The translations under genes were made by a program, and so were the position numbers. Shown here piece after piece: positions 14,358 to 22,000 of a DNA stretch of 24,740 bases; position 1 is the stretch's first letter, and every line of letters starts with the position of its first letter. The stretch comes from a virus. Lineage: Duplodnaviria; Heunggongvirae; Uroviricota; Caudoviricetes. The notes under the pieces were generated by a model. The model did no database searches and was not told where the DNA came from. It worked only from the letters and a program-made list of their open reading frames with translations. The stretch lies in IMG/VR virus record IMGVR_UViG_648276671_000014. One strand, written 5' to 3'.

Positions 14358-15416
14358 ATGAAGAAGAATACCCGCTTTGCTTTTAACGCTTACCTGCAGC
14401 AACTGGCGCGTCTGAACGGTGTGGCAGTTGAAGAACTGTCCAGCAAATTCACCGTAGAGCCGTCTGTACAGCAGACGCTGGAAGACCAGATCCAGCAGTC
14501 CGCCGCTTTCCTGACGCTGATTAACGTCACGCCAGTGACTGAGCAGTCCGGTCAGCTGCTGGGGCTGGGTGTTGGCAGCACCATTGCCGGAACCACTGAC
14601 ACCACCGCGAAAGAGCGTGAACCTGTCGATCCGACGCTGATGGTCGATGTGGAATACAAATGCGAACAGACCAACTTTGACACGGTGCTGACCTACGCGA
14701 AGCTGGACCTGTGGGCGAAGTTTCAGGATTTCCAGGTGCGTATCCGTGACGCCATCGTGAAACGTCAGGCACTGGACCGCATCATGATCGGCTTTAACGG
14801 CGTGAAGCGTGCGAAAACCTCCAACCGTAGTGAAAACCCGCTGCTGCAGGATGTGAACAAAGGCTGGCTGCAGAAAATCCGTGAGGATGCACCGGATCAC
14901 GTCATGGGCAGCACCACCACGGGCGGCGAAACCACACCGGGTGCGGTGAAAGTCGGGAAAGGTGGCGAATATGCCAACCTGGACGCTGTAGTGATGGATG
15001 CGGTCAATGAGCTTATCGACGTGGTCTACCAGGATGATGACGATCTGGTGGTGATTTGCGGTCGTGAACTGCTGTCTGACAAGTATTTCCCGCTGGTCAA
15101 CAAAGAGCAGGAAAACAGTGAAAAACTGGCTGCCGATATGATCATCAGTCAGAAACGCATGGGTGGCCTGCAGGCCGTGCGTGCGCCGTTCTTCCCGCCG
15201 AATGCGCTGCTGATCACCCGTCTGGATAACCTGTCCATCTACTGGCAGGAAGACACCCGCCGCCGTTCAGTTATCGACAACCCGAAACGTGACCGGATTG
15301 AAAACTTTGAATCCGTTAATGAAGCCTATGTGGTTGAGGACTACCGCTGCGCCGCACTGGTGGAAAACATCCAGATTGGCGATTTCAGCGCCGCCGCAGC
15401 AGAAACCGGAGCGTAA
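14358..15416 (+). CDS. N: Major capsid protein (P2 gpN)
   Basis: 352 aa in the position after O. P2 gpN-like sequence. Confidence 0.92.
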   Translation: MKKNTRFAFNAYLQQLARLNGVAVEELSSKFTVEPSVQQTLEDQIQQSAAFLTLINVTPVTEQSGQLLGLGVGSTIAGTTDTTAKEREPVDPTLMVDVEYKCEQTNFDTVLTYAKLDLWAKFQDFQVRIRDAIVKRQALDRIMIGFNGVKRAKTSNRSENPLLQDVNKGWLQKIREDAPDHVMGSTTTGGETTPGAVKVGKGGEYANLDAVVMDAVNELIDVVYQDDDDLVVICGRELLSDKYFPLVNKEQENSEKLAADMIISQKRMGGLQAVRAPFFPPNALLITRLDNLSIYWQEDTRRRSVIDNPKRDRIENFESVNEAYVVEDYRCAALVENIQIGDFSAAAAETGA

Positions 15417-15419
15417 TCC

Positions 15420-16070
15420 ATGAGCCTGAGTCCCGCACGGCAGCATCGCCTGCGCGTTCAGGCTGAACAGGCCGCCCGCGAGGGCGGCAGTGTTCGCCAC
15501 GCGTCGGGCTATGACCTGATGCTGCTGCAACTGGCGGAAGACCGCCGCCGTCTCAAGGGCGTTCAGTCCACGGTCAAAAAAGCGGAAATCAAGGTGGAGC
15601 TGCTGCCGAAGTACGCCGCCTGGGCGGAGGGGGTCCTGGCTGCCGGAGGCGCTCAACAGGATGACGTGCTGATGTACGTGATGCTGTGGCGTATTGATGC
15701 CGGAGATTATGCCGGGGCGCTGGAGATTGGGCGTCATGCCCTGCGTCATGGCTGGGTGATGCCGCTGGGTAACCGCAACGTGCAGACCGTGCTGGCAGAG
15801 GAAATGGCAGACGCGGCGCAGAGCGCAATGCTTGCCGCCACCGGCTTTGATGCTGATCTGTTGCTGCAGACGCTGGAGCTGACAGACGGTCTGGATATGC
15901 CGGACCAGTCACGGGCGCGTCTGCATAAAGCGATTGGCGCGGTCCTGAGTGAAAGCAATCCGGCTTCCGCCCTTAATCATCTCAACCATGCGTTACAGCT
16001 CGATCCCCGCTGTGGCGTGAAAAAAGACAAACAGCAGCTGGAGCGCAGACTGCGCAATGACAGCCGCTGA
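15420..16070 (+). CDS. M: Terminase small (endonuclease) subunit (P2 gpM)
   Basis: MSLSPARQHRLRVQAEQ..., LLPKYAAW and DDVLMYVMLWRIDAGDYAGALEIGRHAL closely parallel P2 gpM. Confidence 0.9.
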   Translation: MSLSPARQHRLRVQAEQAAREGGSVRHASGYDLMLLQLAEDRRRLKGVQSTVKKAEIKVELLPKYAAWAEGVLAAGGAQQDDVLMYVMLWRIDAGDYAGALEIGRHALRHGWVMPLGNRNVQTVLAEEMADAAQSAMLAATGFDADLLLQTLELTDGLDMPDQSRARLHKAIGAVLSESNPASALNHLNHALQLDPRCGVKKDKQQLERRLRNDSR

Positions 16071-16164
16071 CAGAACGTGCCCCGCGCACGGGCGGCACGG
16101 GGTGGCGAAAGGCACAGCCACATCAAAACTCCGTCCACCGCCCTCTATTTCAGGAGAAAGCAGC

Positions 16165-16629
16165 ATGAAGTTTGTTGCGCCAGAACAGGCACCGGAACAG
16201 GCGGAAATCATCAGAAATACGCCGTTCTGGCCTGATGTGGACCTGTCGGAGTTTCGCAGTGTCATGCGCACTGACGGCACGGTGACGCAGCCGCGTTTAA
16301 AGCAGGTTGCGCTGTCGGCAATTTCGGAGGTCAACGCAGAGCTGTATGAGTTTCGCAGACGCCAGCAGATGCTGGGGTATGCGTCGCTGGCAGAGGTTCC
16401 GGCGGAACAGCTGGACGGCAAAAGTGAGCGCATTCAGCACTATTTCAACGCGGTTTATTGTTGGGCACGCGCCATGCTCAACGAACGATACCAGGACTAT
16501 GACGCCACGGCATCGGGTGTGAAGCGAGGCGAGGAACTGGCAGAAGCCAGCGGTGATTTGTGGCGTGACGCCCGCTGGGCCATCAGCCGGGTACAGGATG
16601 CGCCGCACTGCACAGTGGAGCTTATCTGA
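16165..16629 (+). CDS. L: Head completion/stabilisation protein (P2 gpL)
   Basis: SD CAGGAGAAAG before ATG 16165. 154 aa in the position after M. The track's start at 16057 adds a non-protein-like extension. Confidence 0.85.
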   Translation: MKFVAPEQAPEQAEIIRNTPFWPDVDLSEFRSVMRTDGTVTQPRLKQVALSAISEVNAELYEFRRRQQMLGYASLAEVPAEQLDGKSERIQHYFNAVYCWARAMLNERYQDYDATASGVKRGEELAEASGDLWRDARWAISRVQDAPHCTVELI

Positions 16630-16832
16630 TGAAAGTGCGTGCGCATCAGTATGACACGGTGGACGCGCTTTGCTGGCGTCATTACGGGCGCACGCAGGGT
16701 GTCACGGAGCAGGTACTGAAGGCAAATCCGGGGCTTGCCGAATACGGCCCCTTTTTACCTCACGGGTTGCAGGTGGAGCTGCCGGACATACCGACAACCA
16801 CCACCGTGCAGACCGTCCAGCTATGGGACTGA
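16629..16832 (+). CDS. X: Tail protein X (P2 gpX, LysM-like)
   Basis: 67 aa, the same size as P2 gpX. MKVRAHQYDTVDALCWRHYGRTQG is the typical family signature. ATGA overlap with the L stop. Confidence 0.85.
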   Translation: MKVRAHQYDTVDALCWRHYGRTQGVTEQVLKANPGLAEYGPFLPHGLQVELPDIPTTTTVQTVQLWD

Positions 16833-16835
16833 ATT

Positions 16836-17051
16836 ATGACGCTTGAGCGAATCAGCGCCTTTATCACGTATTGCATCGCCGTCGTGCTGGCCTGGCTGGG
16901 CGATTTGTCCATCAAGGATGCCTCAACGCTGGGCGGCCTGATGATTGGTGTGCTGATGCTGGCTATCAACTGGTACTACAAACACAAAGCCTACCAGCTT
17001 CTGCGTGACGGGCAGATCTCGCGGGAGGACTATGAATCCATCAATCGTTAA
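16836..17051 (+). CDS. Two-TM holin, probably pinholin type
   Basis: 71 aa with two hydrophobic helices and a charged C-terminus. Directly precedes and overlaps a SAR endolysin gene. Confidence 0.65.
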   Translation: MTLERISAFITYCIAVVLAWLGDLSIKDASTLGGLMIGVLMLAINWYYKHKAYQLLRDGQISREDYESINR

Positions 17052-17547
17052 ACGCTGCCTTGTCGGAGCCGTGCTGGCTATTGCTGCCACGCTGCCGGGT
17101 TTTCAGCAGCTTCACACCTCCGTGGAGGGGCTGAAACTGATTGCCGATTACGAAGGCTGTCGTCTGCAGCCGTATCAGTGCAGCGCGGGTGTCTGGACCG
17201 ACGGCATTGGTAATACATCGGGCGTCATTCCCGGCAAAACAATCACGGAACGACAGGCAGCAGAAGGGCTGATCTCAAACGTGCTACGTGTGGAGCGGGC
17301 GCTGGAAAGATGTGTGAAGCAACAGCCGCCACAAAAGGTGTATGACGCGGTGGTGTCGTTTGCCTTCAACGTGGGGACGGGCAATGCCTGCAGTTCCACG
17401 CTGGTGAAGTTACTCAATCAGCGGCGCTGGGCGGATGCGTGCCGACAGTTGCCGCGCTGGGTTTATGTGAAAGGTGTGTTTAATCAGGGGCTGGATAATC
17501 GCCGTGCGCGGGAGATGGCCTGGTGCCTTAAAGGAACTGGACTATGA
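17032..17547 (+). CDS. SAR endolysin (T4-lysozyme fold, glycoside hydrolase 24 type)
   Basis: SD GGGAGG before ATG 17032. N-terminal weakly hydrophobic SAR helix CLVGAVLAIAATL. Catalytic E-8aa-C-5aa-T pattern in YEGCRLQPYQCSAGVWTDGIGNT. Confidence 0.85.
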   Translation: MNPSIVKRCLVGAVLAIAATLPGFQQLHTSVEGLKLIADYEGCRLQPYQCSAGVWTDGIGNTSGVIPGKTITERQAAEGLISNVLRVERALERCVKQQPPQKVYDAVVSFAFNVGTGNACSSTLVKLLNQRRWADACRQLPRWVYVKGVFNQGLDNRRAREMAWCLKGTGL

Positions 17548-17971
17548 CGCGTGCGCTGGCAGTAGTGGTGGCGCTGGCACTCGTTGCGCTGGGCTGGCAG
17601 TCGTGGCGGCTTAACAGCGCCAGCCACACCATCGAAACGCAGCGCGCGGCGCTGAAAAGTAAAGCGCAAGAACTGACAAAGAAAACAGCCAGCTGATCGG
17701 TCTGTCCATTCTGGCTGAAACCAACAACCGGGAGCAGGCGCGGCTCTACGCCGAAGCAGAACAGACCAGCGCACTGCTGAGACAACGACAACGCCGGATC
17801 GAGGAACTGAAACGTGAGAACGAGGATTTACGCCGCTGGGCTGATACTCCTTTGCCTGCTGACATTATCCGGCTGCGGGAACGTCCGGCACTCACCGGAG
17901 GTGCAGCTTACCGTCAGTGGTTGTCCGCGAGTGACGCCGTGTCGGCTGGAGCAGGCAGCGCCGCGCACTAA
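17544..17971 (+). pseudogene. lysB: lysB (i-spanin) interrupted by a frameshift at an A-run
   Basis: ATG 17544 gives a TM N-terminus (MTRALAVVVALALVALGW...) and stops at TGA 17694-17696. The P2 LysB-like remainder (KENSQLIGLSILAETNNREQARLYAEAEQ...) continues in the -1 frame to TAA 17969-17971. One extra A at 17678-17680 would restore ELTKENSQL. Confidence 0.65.
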
Positions 17972-18104
17972 CGGTGATCTGAACGCATTGCTGGATGAAA
18001 CGGAGGCCGCCTGGGCGGTCTGTGCAGACAAAGTGGACATGATTATTGCGTGTCAGGAGCGAAACAGTGAACAAACCACAGTCCCTGCGTCACGCCCTCA
18101 ATAA
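17814..18104 (+). CDS. lysC: lysC (o-spanin lipoprotein), partly embedded in lysB
   Basis: 96 aa, the same size as P2 LysC. Lipobox LLTLSGC. GTG start. Overlapped/embedded arrangement as in P2. Confidence 0.75.
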   Translation: MRTRIYAAGLILLCLLTLSGCGNVRHSPEVQLTVSGCPRVTPCRLEQAAPRTNGDLNALLDETEAAWAVCADKVDMIIACQERNSEQTTVPASRPQ

Positions 18105-18498
18105 AGCAGTGCCTTATGTCCGCAATAACCCGGACAAACTGCATCTGTTTGTGGATAACGGTTCGCTGGTTGCCACGGGGGCCAGCTCTATGTCGTGGGA
18201 GTACCGTTACACCCTGAACGCGGTGATTGAAGATTTCAGCGGCGACCAGAATCTGCTGATGGCCCCGGTTTTGCTGTGGCTGCGGGATAACCAGCCCGAT
18301 GCCATCAATAACCCGGCGTTACGGGAAAAGCTATTCACCTTTGAGGTGGATATTCTGCGCAACGATGTCTGTGATATCAGCCTTAACCTGCAACTGACGG
18401 AGCGTGTGCTGGTCAGCACTGACGGCAGTGTGTCGAACGTTGAAGCGGTAGCGGAACCTGATGAACCTGAAGAAATGTGGACGGTGAAACGTGGCTGA
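18067..18498 (+). CDS. R: Tail completion protein (P2 gpR)
   Basis: ...KPQSLRHALNKAV..NPDKLHLFVDNGSL...LLMAPVLLWLRDNQPD parallels P2 gpR. GTG 18067 with SD AGGAG 6 nt upstream is preferred over the track's TTG 18046. Confidence 0.8.
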   Translation: MNKPQSLRHALNKAVPYVRNNPDKLHLFVDNGSLVATGASSMSWEYRYTLNAVIEDFSGDQNLLMAPVLLWLRDNQPDAINNPALREKLFTFEVDILRNDVCDISLNLQLTERVLVSTDGSVSNVEAVAEPDEPEEMWTVKRG

Positions 18499-18937
18499 AT
18501 TGCAGAAGGTGGACGACTGGCTGAGTGCCTTGCTGGTGAATCTGGAGCCAGCCGCAAGAAGCCGTATGATGCGCCAACTGGCGCAGGAACTGCGCAGGAC
18601 ACAACAGAAGAACATCAGGATGCAGCGCAATCCAGATGGCAGTAGTTATGAACCGCGACGGGTAACAGCACGCAGTAAAAAGGGGCGTATCAAACGTCAG
18701 ATGTTTGCAAAGCTGCGCACCACAAAATACCTGAAAACTGCCGCCAGCGCCGATTCTGCCAGCGTACAGTTTGAAGGTAAGGTACAGCGCATTGCCCGTG
18801 TTCACCATTACGGTCTGCGTGATCGCGTAAATAAAAAAGGTTTAATCGCGAAATATCCGCAACGTACTTTATTGGGCTTATCTTATAAAACAGAAGAAAA
18901 TATTATTATGAGCATAAAGGAGGAGCTATCAAAATAA
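18491..18937 (+). CDS. S: Tail completion protein (P2 gpS), with an AT-rich replaced 3' end
   Basis: 148 aa, gpS-like (MAELQKVDDWLSALL..., HHYGLRDRVN...YPQRTLLGL). GC content drops sharply from about 18828 to the stop. Confidence 0.8.
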   Translation: MAELQKVDDWLSALLVNLEPAARSRMMRQLAQELRRTQQKNIRMQRNPDGSSYEPRRVTARSKKGRIKRQMFAKLRTTKYLKTAASADSASVQFEGKVQRIARVHHYGLRDRVNKKGLIAKYPQRTLLGLSYKTEENIIMSIKEELSK

Positions 18938-18977
18938 AGACGAGGAGGTTTAAATAACCCTCTCGTCTTTTGTTTTT
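18937..18977 (+). terminator. Rho-independent terminator ending the O-to-S late operon
   Basis: AAGACGAG (18937-18944) pairs with CTCGTCTT (18962-18969), followed by TTGTTTTT. Confidence 0.7.
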
Positions 18978-19203
18978 ATCCATAAGCCAGCTCCTGTGGA
19001 GATGGCGATTGATTAGCTGTTCATGTAAGAGTTAAATAGAGCTGAGATTTTTTGTGTATCCGTAACTGGATCAGTCGATGAGCCTTGTCTGATATAAAAC
19101 ATATTCTCAAAGTCGCAAATTTGACCTGTGCTCTGAATAGTTATCTTGAGTATGTGTAAGCCATTGTAAGAGCAAAACTCAATATTCTTAAGTATCTGCT
19201 GTT

Positions 19204-20787
19204 TTAGAGTTTCAGTGAAATCGTATCCTTGTATTTTTGTTTTATTAACATAAAGTAATCATCAATGCTACCAGAGACTAACATTGCTTCATGATCAATT
19301 CCGTTTATATAGAACCCATTGAACTCAATTGAATTTACTCCATATAAATGTTGAATTCTATCTGCGGTTAATTTATTTTCGGCAATACCAACTAAAATAT
19401 AGCCTTTTGCGCTTTTTCCAATATTATTTATTGCTACGCAAGTTTGTAATATTCCTTTTAAACATTCATCATCAAATTCATTTTTACCTGATAAATTAAA
19501 GAACCCCTGTTTGAAATCATAACTTGGTTGTTCAGTTCTAGAATTTGTTAATAGATTGCGAATTTCAGTTACCCAAGCATGATTCACATACTTTTGAGGA
19601 GCAGGTTGGAAGTAGCGACTTATTAATGCAACAAGATCATTAACACTTTTTTCACGAGTGCTTGCAGCCCAGCGGCCACCATCGGTAACCATAATTATGG
19701 TATTGCCAGTGTTTTTTAATTGCGAGAATAAACCTTCTTTATCAATTAATTGCATATTTTGGTTGAAAAGAAGTTCATAAATAGACAAAAACACAGCTTG
19801 ATAATAACGAGGGCATTCTTGAGATGAATTATCCTCCCCTAAAATATGGCTTCTAAAAGTATCATTTTTTCCGTCATATAGGCTTGTAATTAATTCATAT
19901 ACAGCTATGAAATTCTGCTTAATAGTGGCAGCGTTATTGGTTTGAATGAAAGACTCTAATTGCTGTCTGACACCATGAGCATGAGAGGAGTTTCCTTGAC
20001 CATAGAATGTGTCGAGAGAAGTTGACCCAGATGTGGGTTTTTCTTCTAGACTGATATATGCAAGGATATTGGCTATCAATTCCTCGTCATCAGAATCACG
20101 AATACTTCGTCTTGTTAAAATATGATGTTTTATATAAAAGTGGTTATCGATATTTACCCCGTACTCCAATCTATCGTTACTGATTGAAATTTTGTGCATT
20201 TGCTGGAGATTCATAATGTCAGAATGGCTAGTATCACCTCTGATCGATGTTGATATCGATCTGACCAGTTCAGAGAAGTTACTAACTGTTCCTGCACTAC
20301 GTAATTCTTGTTTGGATAAAATCTTCCCGTTTGAGTTTATTCGTCTGAATACTTCGTCAATATTTTCATTTGTGGAGCTATATTCTGATATTGCAAATCG
20401 ATAACGTGCAATAATTGCTGAAGAATCACGGGAAAGAATTGGTTCTTTCTGAATTAAAGTTCCATTATCTTTAAGTTGTTTTGTTAAAGCTATAGAGTCC
20501 AAATCAAAATATTGTCCATCTAATGAAAATCTCTGTTCGATGAAGCTCATAATTGCTTCTAATCTTTGCATTCCATCCAATATTTCTCTTTGTTCATTGA
20601 TGGTAACAAATAATAATAACGGAATAGGATATTGTTGCAGCATAGAAGATATTAAAGAAGTCTTTTCTTCTAGAGACCATACAAGTTTCCTTTGATAACG
20701 TCTATTGACTATCAAATTTCCTTGCAAATACCATTCGTATAATTGCTCGGTAGTCCTTGAGTCAATATCAAGATTTTCATTTGGCAT
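19204..20787 (-). CDS. DUF262 (ParB/GmrSD N-terminal type) protein with a Schlafen/AlbA_2-like C-terminal domain; candidate single-gene defence protein
   Basis: 527 aa from ATG 20787 (SD AAGGAG 8 nt upstream). DUF262 motifs: NRRYQRKLVW, ILDGMQRL (DGQQR-type), VFRRINSNGKILSKQELRSA. The C-terminus EQPSYDFKQG...CVAINNIGKSAKGYILVGIAE fits the AlbA_2 pattern (ExxxxEFK ... AxxN..GG.l.iGv). About 30% GC. Antisense to the late operons. Confidence 0.8.
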   Translation of the reverse strand: MPNENLDIDSRTTEQLYEWYLQGNLIVNRRYQRKLVWSLEEKTSLISSMLQQYPIPLLLFVTINEQREILDGMQRLEAIMSFIEQRFSLDGQYFDLDSIALTKQLKDNGTLIQKEPILSRDSSAIIARYRFAISEYSSTNENIDEVFRRINSNGKILSKQELRSAGTVSNFSELVRSISTSIRGDTSHSDIMNLQQMHKISISNDRLEYGVNIDNHFYIKHHILTRRSIRDSDDEELIANILAYISLEEKPTSGSTSLDTFYGQGNSSHAHGVRQQLESFIQTNNAATIKQNFIAVYELITSLYDGKNDTFRSHILGEDNSSQECPRYYQAVFLSIYELLFNQNMQLIDKEGLFSQLKNTGNTIIMVTDGGRWAASTREKSVNDLVALISRYFQPAPQKYVNHAWVTEIRNLLTNSRTEQPSYDFKQGFFNLSGKNEFDDECLKGILQTCVAINNIGKSAKGYILVGIAENKLTADRIQHLYGVNSIEFNGFYINGIDHEAMLVSGSIDDYFMLIKQKYKDTISLKL

Positions 20788-20816
20788 AATTTTTCTCCTT
20801 GTTAGATTGAACTTAT

Positions 20817-20845
20817 ATATTGTCAATAAACATCTTTTGTGTCAA
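20817..20845 (-). promoter_or_regulatory. Candidate sigma70 promoter for the DUF262 gene (TTGACA - 17 - CAATAT with TGn extended -10)
   Basis: Minus-strand TTGACA at 20845-20840, 17-nt spacer, TGaCAATAT ending at 20817. This predicts a leader of about 23 nt containing the SD. Confidence 0.4.
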
Positions 20846-21001
20846 AGATTACATAGTAACTGCCTAAATTAATTGGCTTTTAATAATTAAAGACGTAGCT
20901 TTCAAGTGCTTTTTTAAGAGCATTGAACTTCTTAACTTGCGCAACGTCATTCGACCTTTTGCAACGTATTAATGCTCTAACGCAGACCATTGAAAGGCAT
21001 T

Positions 21002-21019
21002 TGTTCTATGTCTAATACA
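21002..21019. promoter_or_regulatory. TGT-N12-ACA dyad upstream of V (late activator site candidate)
   Basis: TGTTCTATGTCTAATACA is an exact TGT-N12-ACA. Its centre is 55 nt before the V ATG, which is closer than expected if the site sits at -55 from the transcription start. A weaker CGT-N12-ACG dyad lies at 20965-20982. Confidence 0.4.
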
Positions 21020-21065
21020 ATAACAAAGGCTGTCTACTGCTTGCTATTGATGGCAACCTTTCCCT

Positions 21066-21644
21066 ATGAACGCACAATTAACCGAAATCATGCGCCTTAT
21101 CACCAACCTGATCCGCACTGGTGTAGTCACCGAAGTGGACCGGGAGAATTGGCTTTGCCGGGTGAAAACGGGCGACCTTGAAACTAACTGGATCAGTTGG
21201 CTGACGCTGCGCGCGGGTAATGCCCGGACATGGTGGCGACCATCGGAAGGTGAGCAGGTGGTGCTGCTGAGTCTGGGCGGAAATCTGGAAACCGCCTTTG
21301 CGTTGCCCGCCATCTATTCGAATCAGTTCGCTCCACCGTCGACATCAGCGGATGCCTGCGTGACAGAGCATCCTGACGGCGGCTGGTTTGAATATGAACC
21401 CGCCACCGGGCGCTGGTTTGTCAGGGGCATCAAATCAATGGTCATTGAGACCGCTGACAATATCACCCTGAAAACCAGTGAGTTTGTGCTGGAGGCTGAC
21501 CGCACGCGTATTAACAGCGAAGTATTGATCAATGGTGGCGTTACCCAGGGCGGCGGTGCGATGAGTTCTAACGGGATCGTGGTTGATGCGCATCAGCATA
21601 CTGGCGTCCTGAAAGGCGGCGATACAACCGGAGGCCCGGTATGA
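21066..21644 (+). CDS. V: Baseplate spike/assembly protein (P2 gpV)
   Basis: 192 aa. ...LIRTGVVTEVD...CRVKTGDLETNWISWLTLRAGNARTWW.PSEGEQV parallels P2 gpV. Confidence 0.9.
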   Translation: MNAQLTEIMRLITNLIRTGVVTEVDRENWLCRVKTGDLETNWISWLTLRAGNARTWWRPSEGEQVVLLSLGGNLETAFALPAIYSNQFAPPSTSADACVTEHPDGGWFEYEPATGRWFVRGIKSMVIETADNITLKTSEFVLEADRTRINSEVLINGGVTQGGGAMSSNGIVVDAHQHTGVLKGGDTTGGPV

Positions 21645-22000
21645 CGCTTTATAGCGGGATGAACAATACCAGCGGCAAAGTCATTACTGATATTGATCAT
21701 CTGCGCCAGTCGGTGCGGGACATTCTGCTGACACCGCAGGGTAGCCGTATTGCCCGCCGGGAATATGGTTCCCTCCTGTCGGTTTTAATAGATCAGCCAC
21801 AAAATCCGGCATTACGCCTGCAGGTCATGTCGGCAGTGTATGTGGCGCTGAGTCGCTGGGAGCCACGGCTGACGCTGGATTCCATCACCATCAACAGCAA
21901 CTTTGACGGTTCTATGGTGGTGGAGCTGACCGGGCGGCGGAATAACGGTGTGCCTGTGTCCCTTTCCGTATCAACAGGAGCAGAGAATGGCAGTGATTGA
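21641..22000 (+). CDS. W: Baseplate wedge protein (P2 gpW, gp25-like)
   Basis: 119 aa. ATGA overlap with V. GPW/gp25-family signature (ITDIDHLRQSVRDILLTPQGSRIARREYGS). Confidence 0.9.
   Translation: MTLYSGMNNTSGKVITDIDHLRQSVRDILLTPQGSRIARREYGSLLSVLIDQPQNPALRLQVMSAVYVALSRWEPRLTLDSITINSNFDGSMVVELTGRRNNGVPVSLSVSTGAENGSD

Noticed and set aside
14238-14900. 220-aa ORF antisense to the O/N junction
   Set aside because: It overlaps two strongly supported late genes on the opposite strand and shows no SD or recognisable motif.
16076-16102. GC-rich direct repeat GCACGGG x2 and small hairpins between M and L
   Set aside because: The stems are only 5 bp and no T-run follows. Comparable GC-rich spacers are unremarkable in this backbone.
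19013-19102. 29-aa minus-strand ORF (MFYIRQGSSTDPVTDTQKISALFNSYMNS) downstream of the DUF262 gene as a possible partner gene
   Set aside because: It is very short and has no clear SD, and nothing in the sequence alone supports it. It is only worth revisiting if conserved next to DUF262 homologues.
20788-20826. 13-codon N-terminal extension of the DUF262 ORF
   Set aside because: The listed start is the TTG of a TTGACA hexamer. AAGGAG sits 8 nt before ATG 20787, which is the far more likely start.
20913-20982. Imperfect inverted repeat GAGCATT / AATGCTC upstream of the DUF262 gene and V
   Set aside because: The arms are 7 bp with a bulge and are about 46 nt apart in AT-rich DNA, which is not beyond chance.
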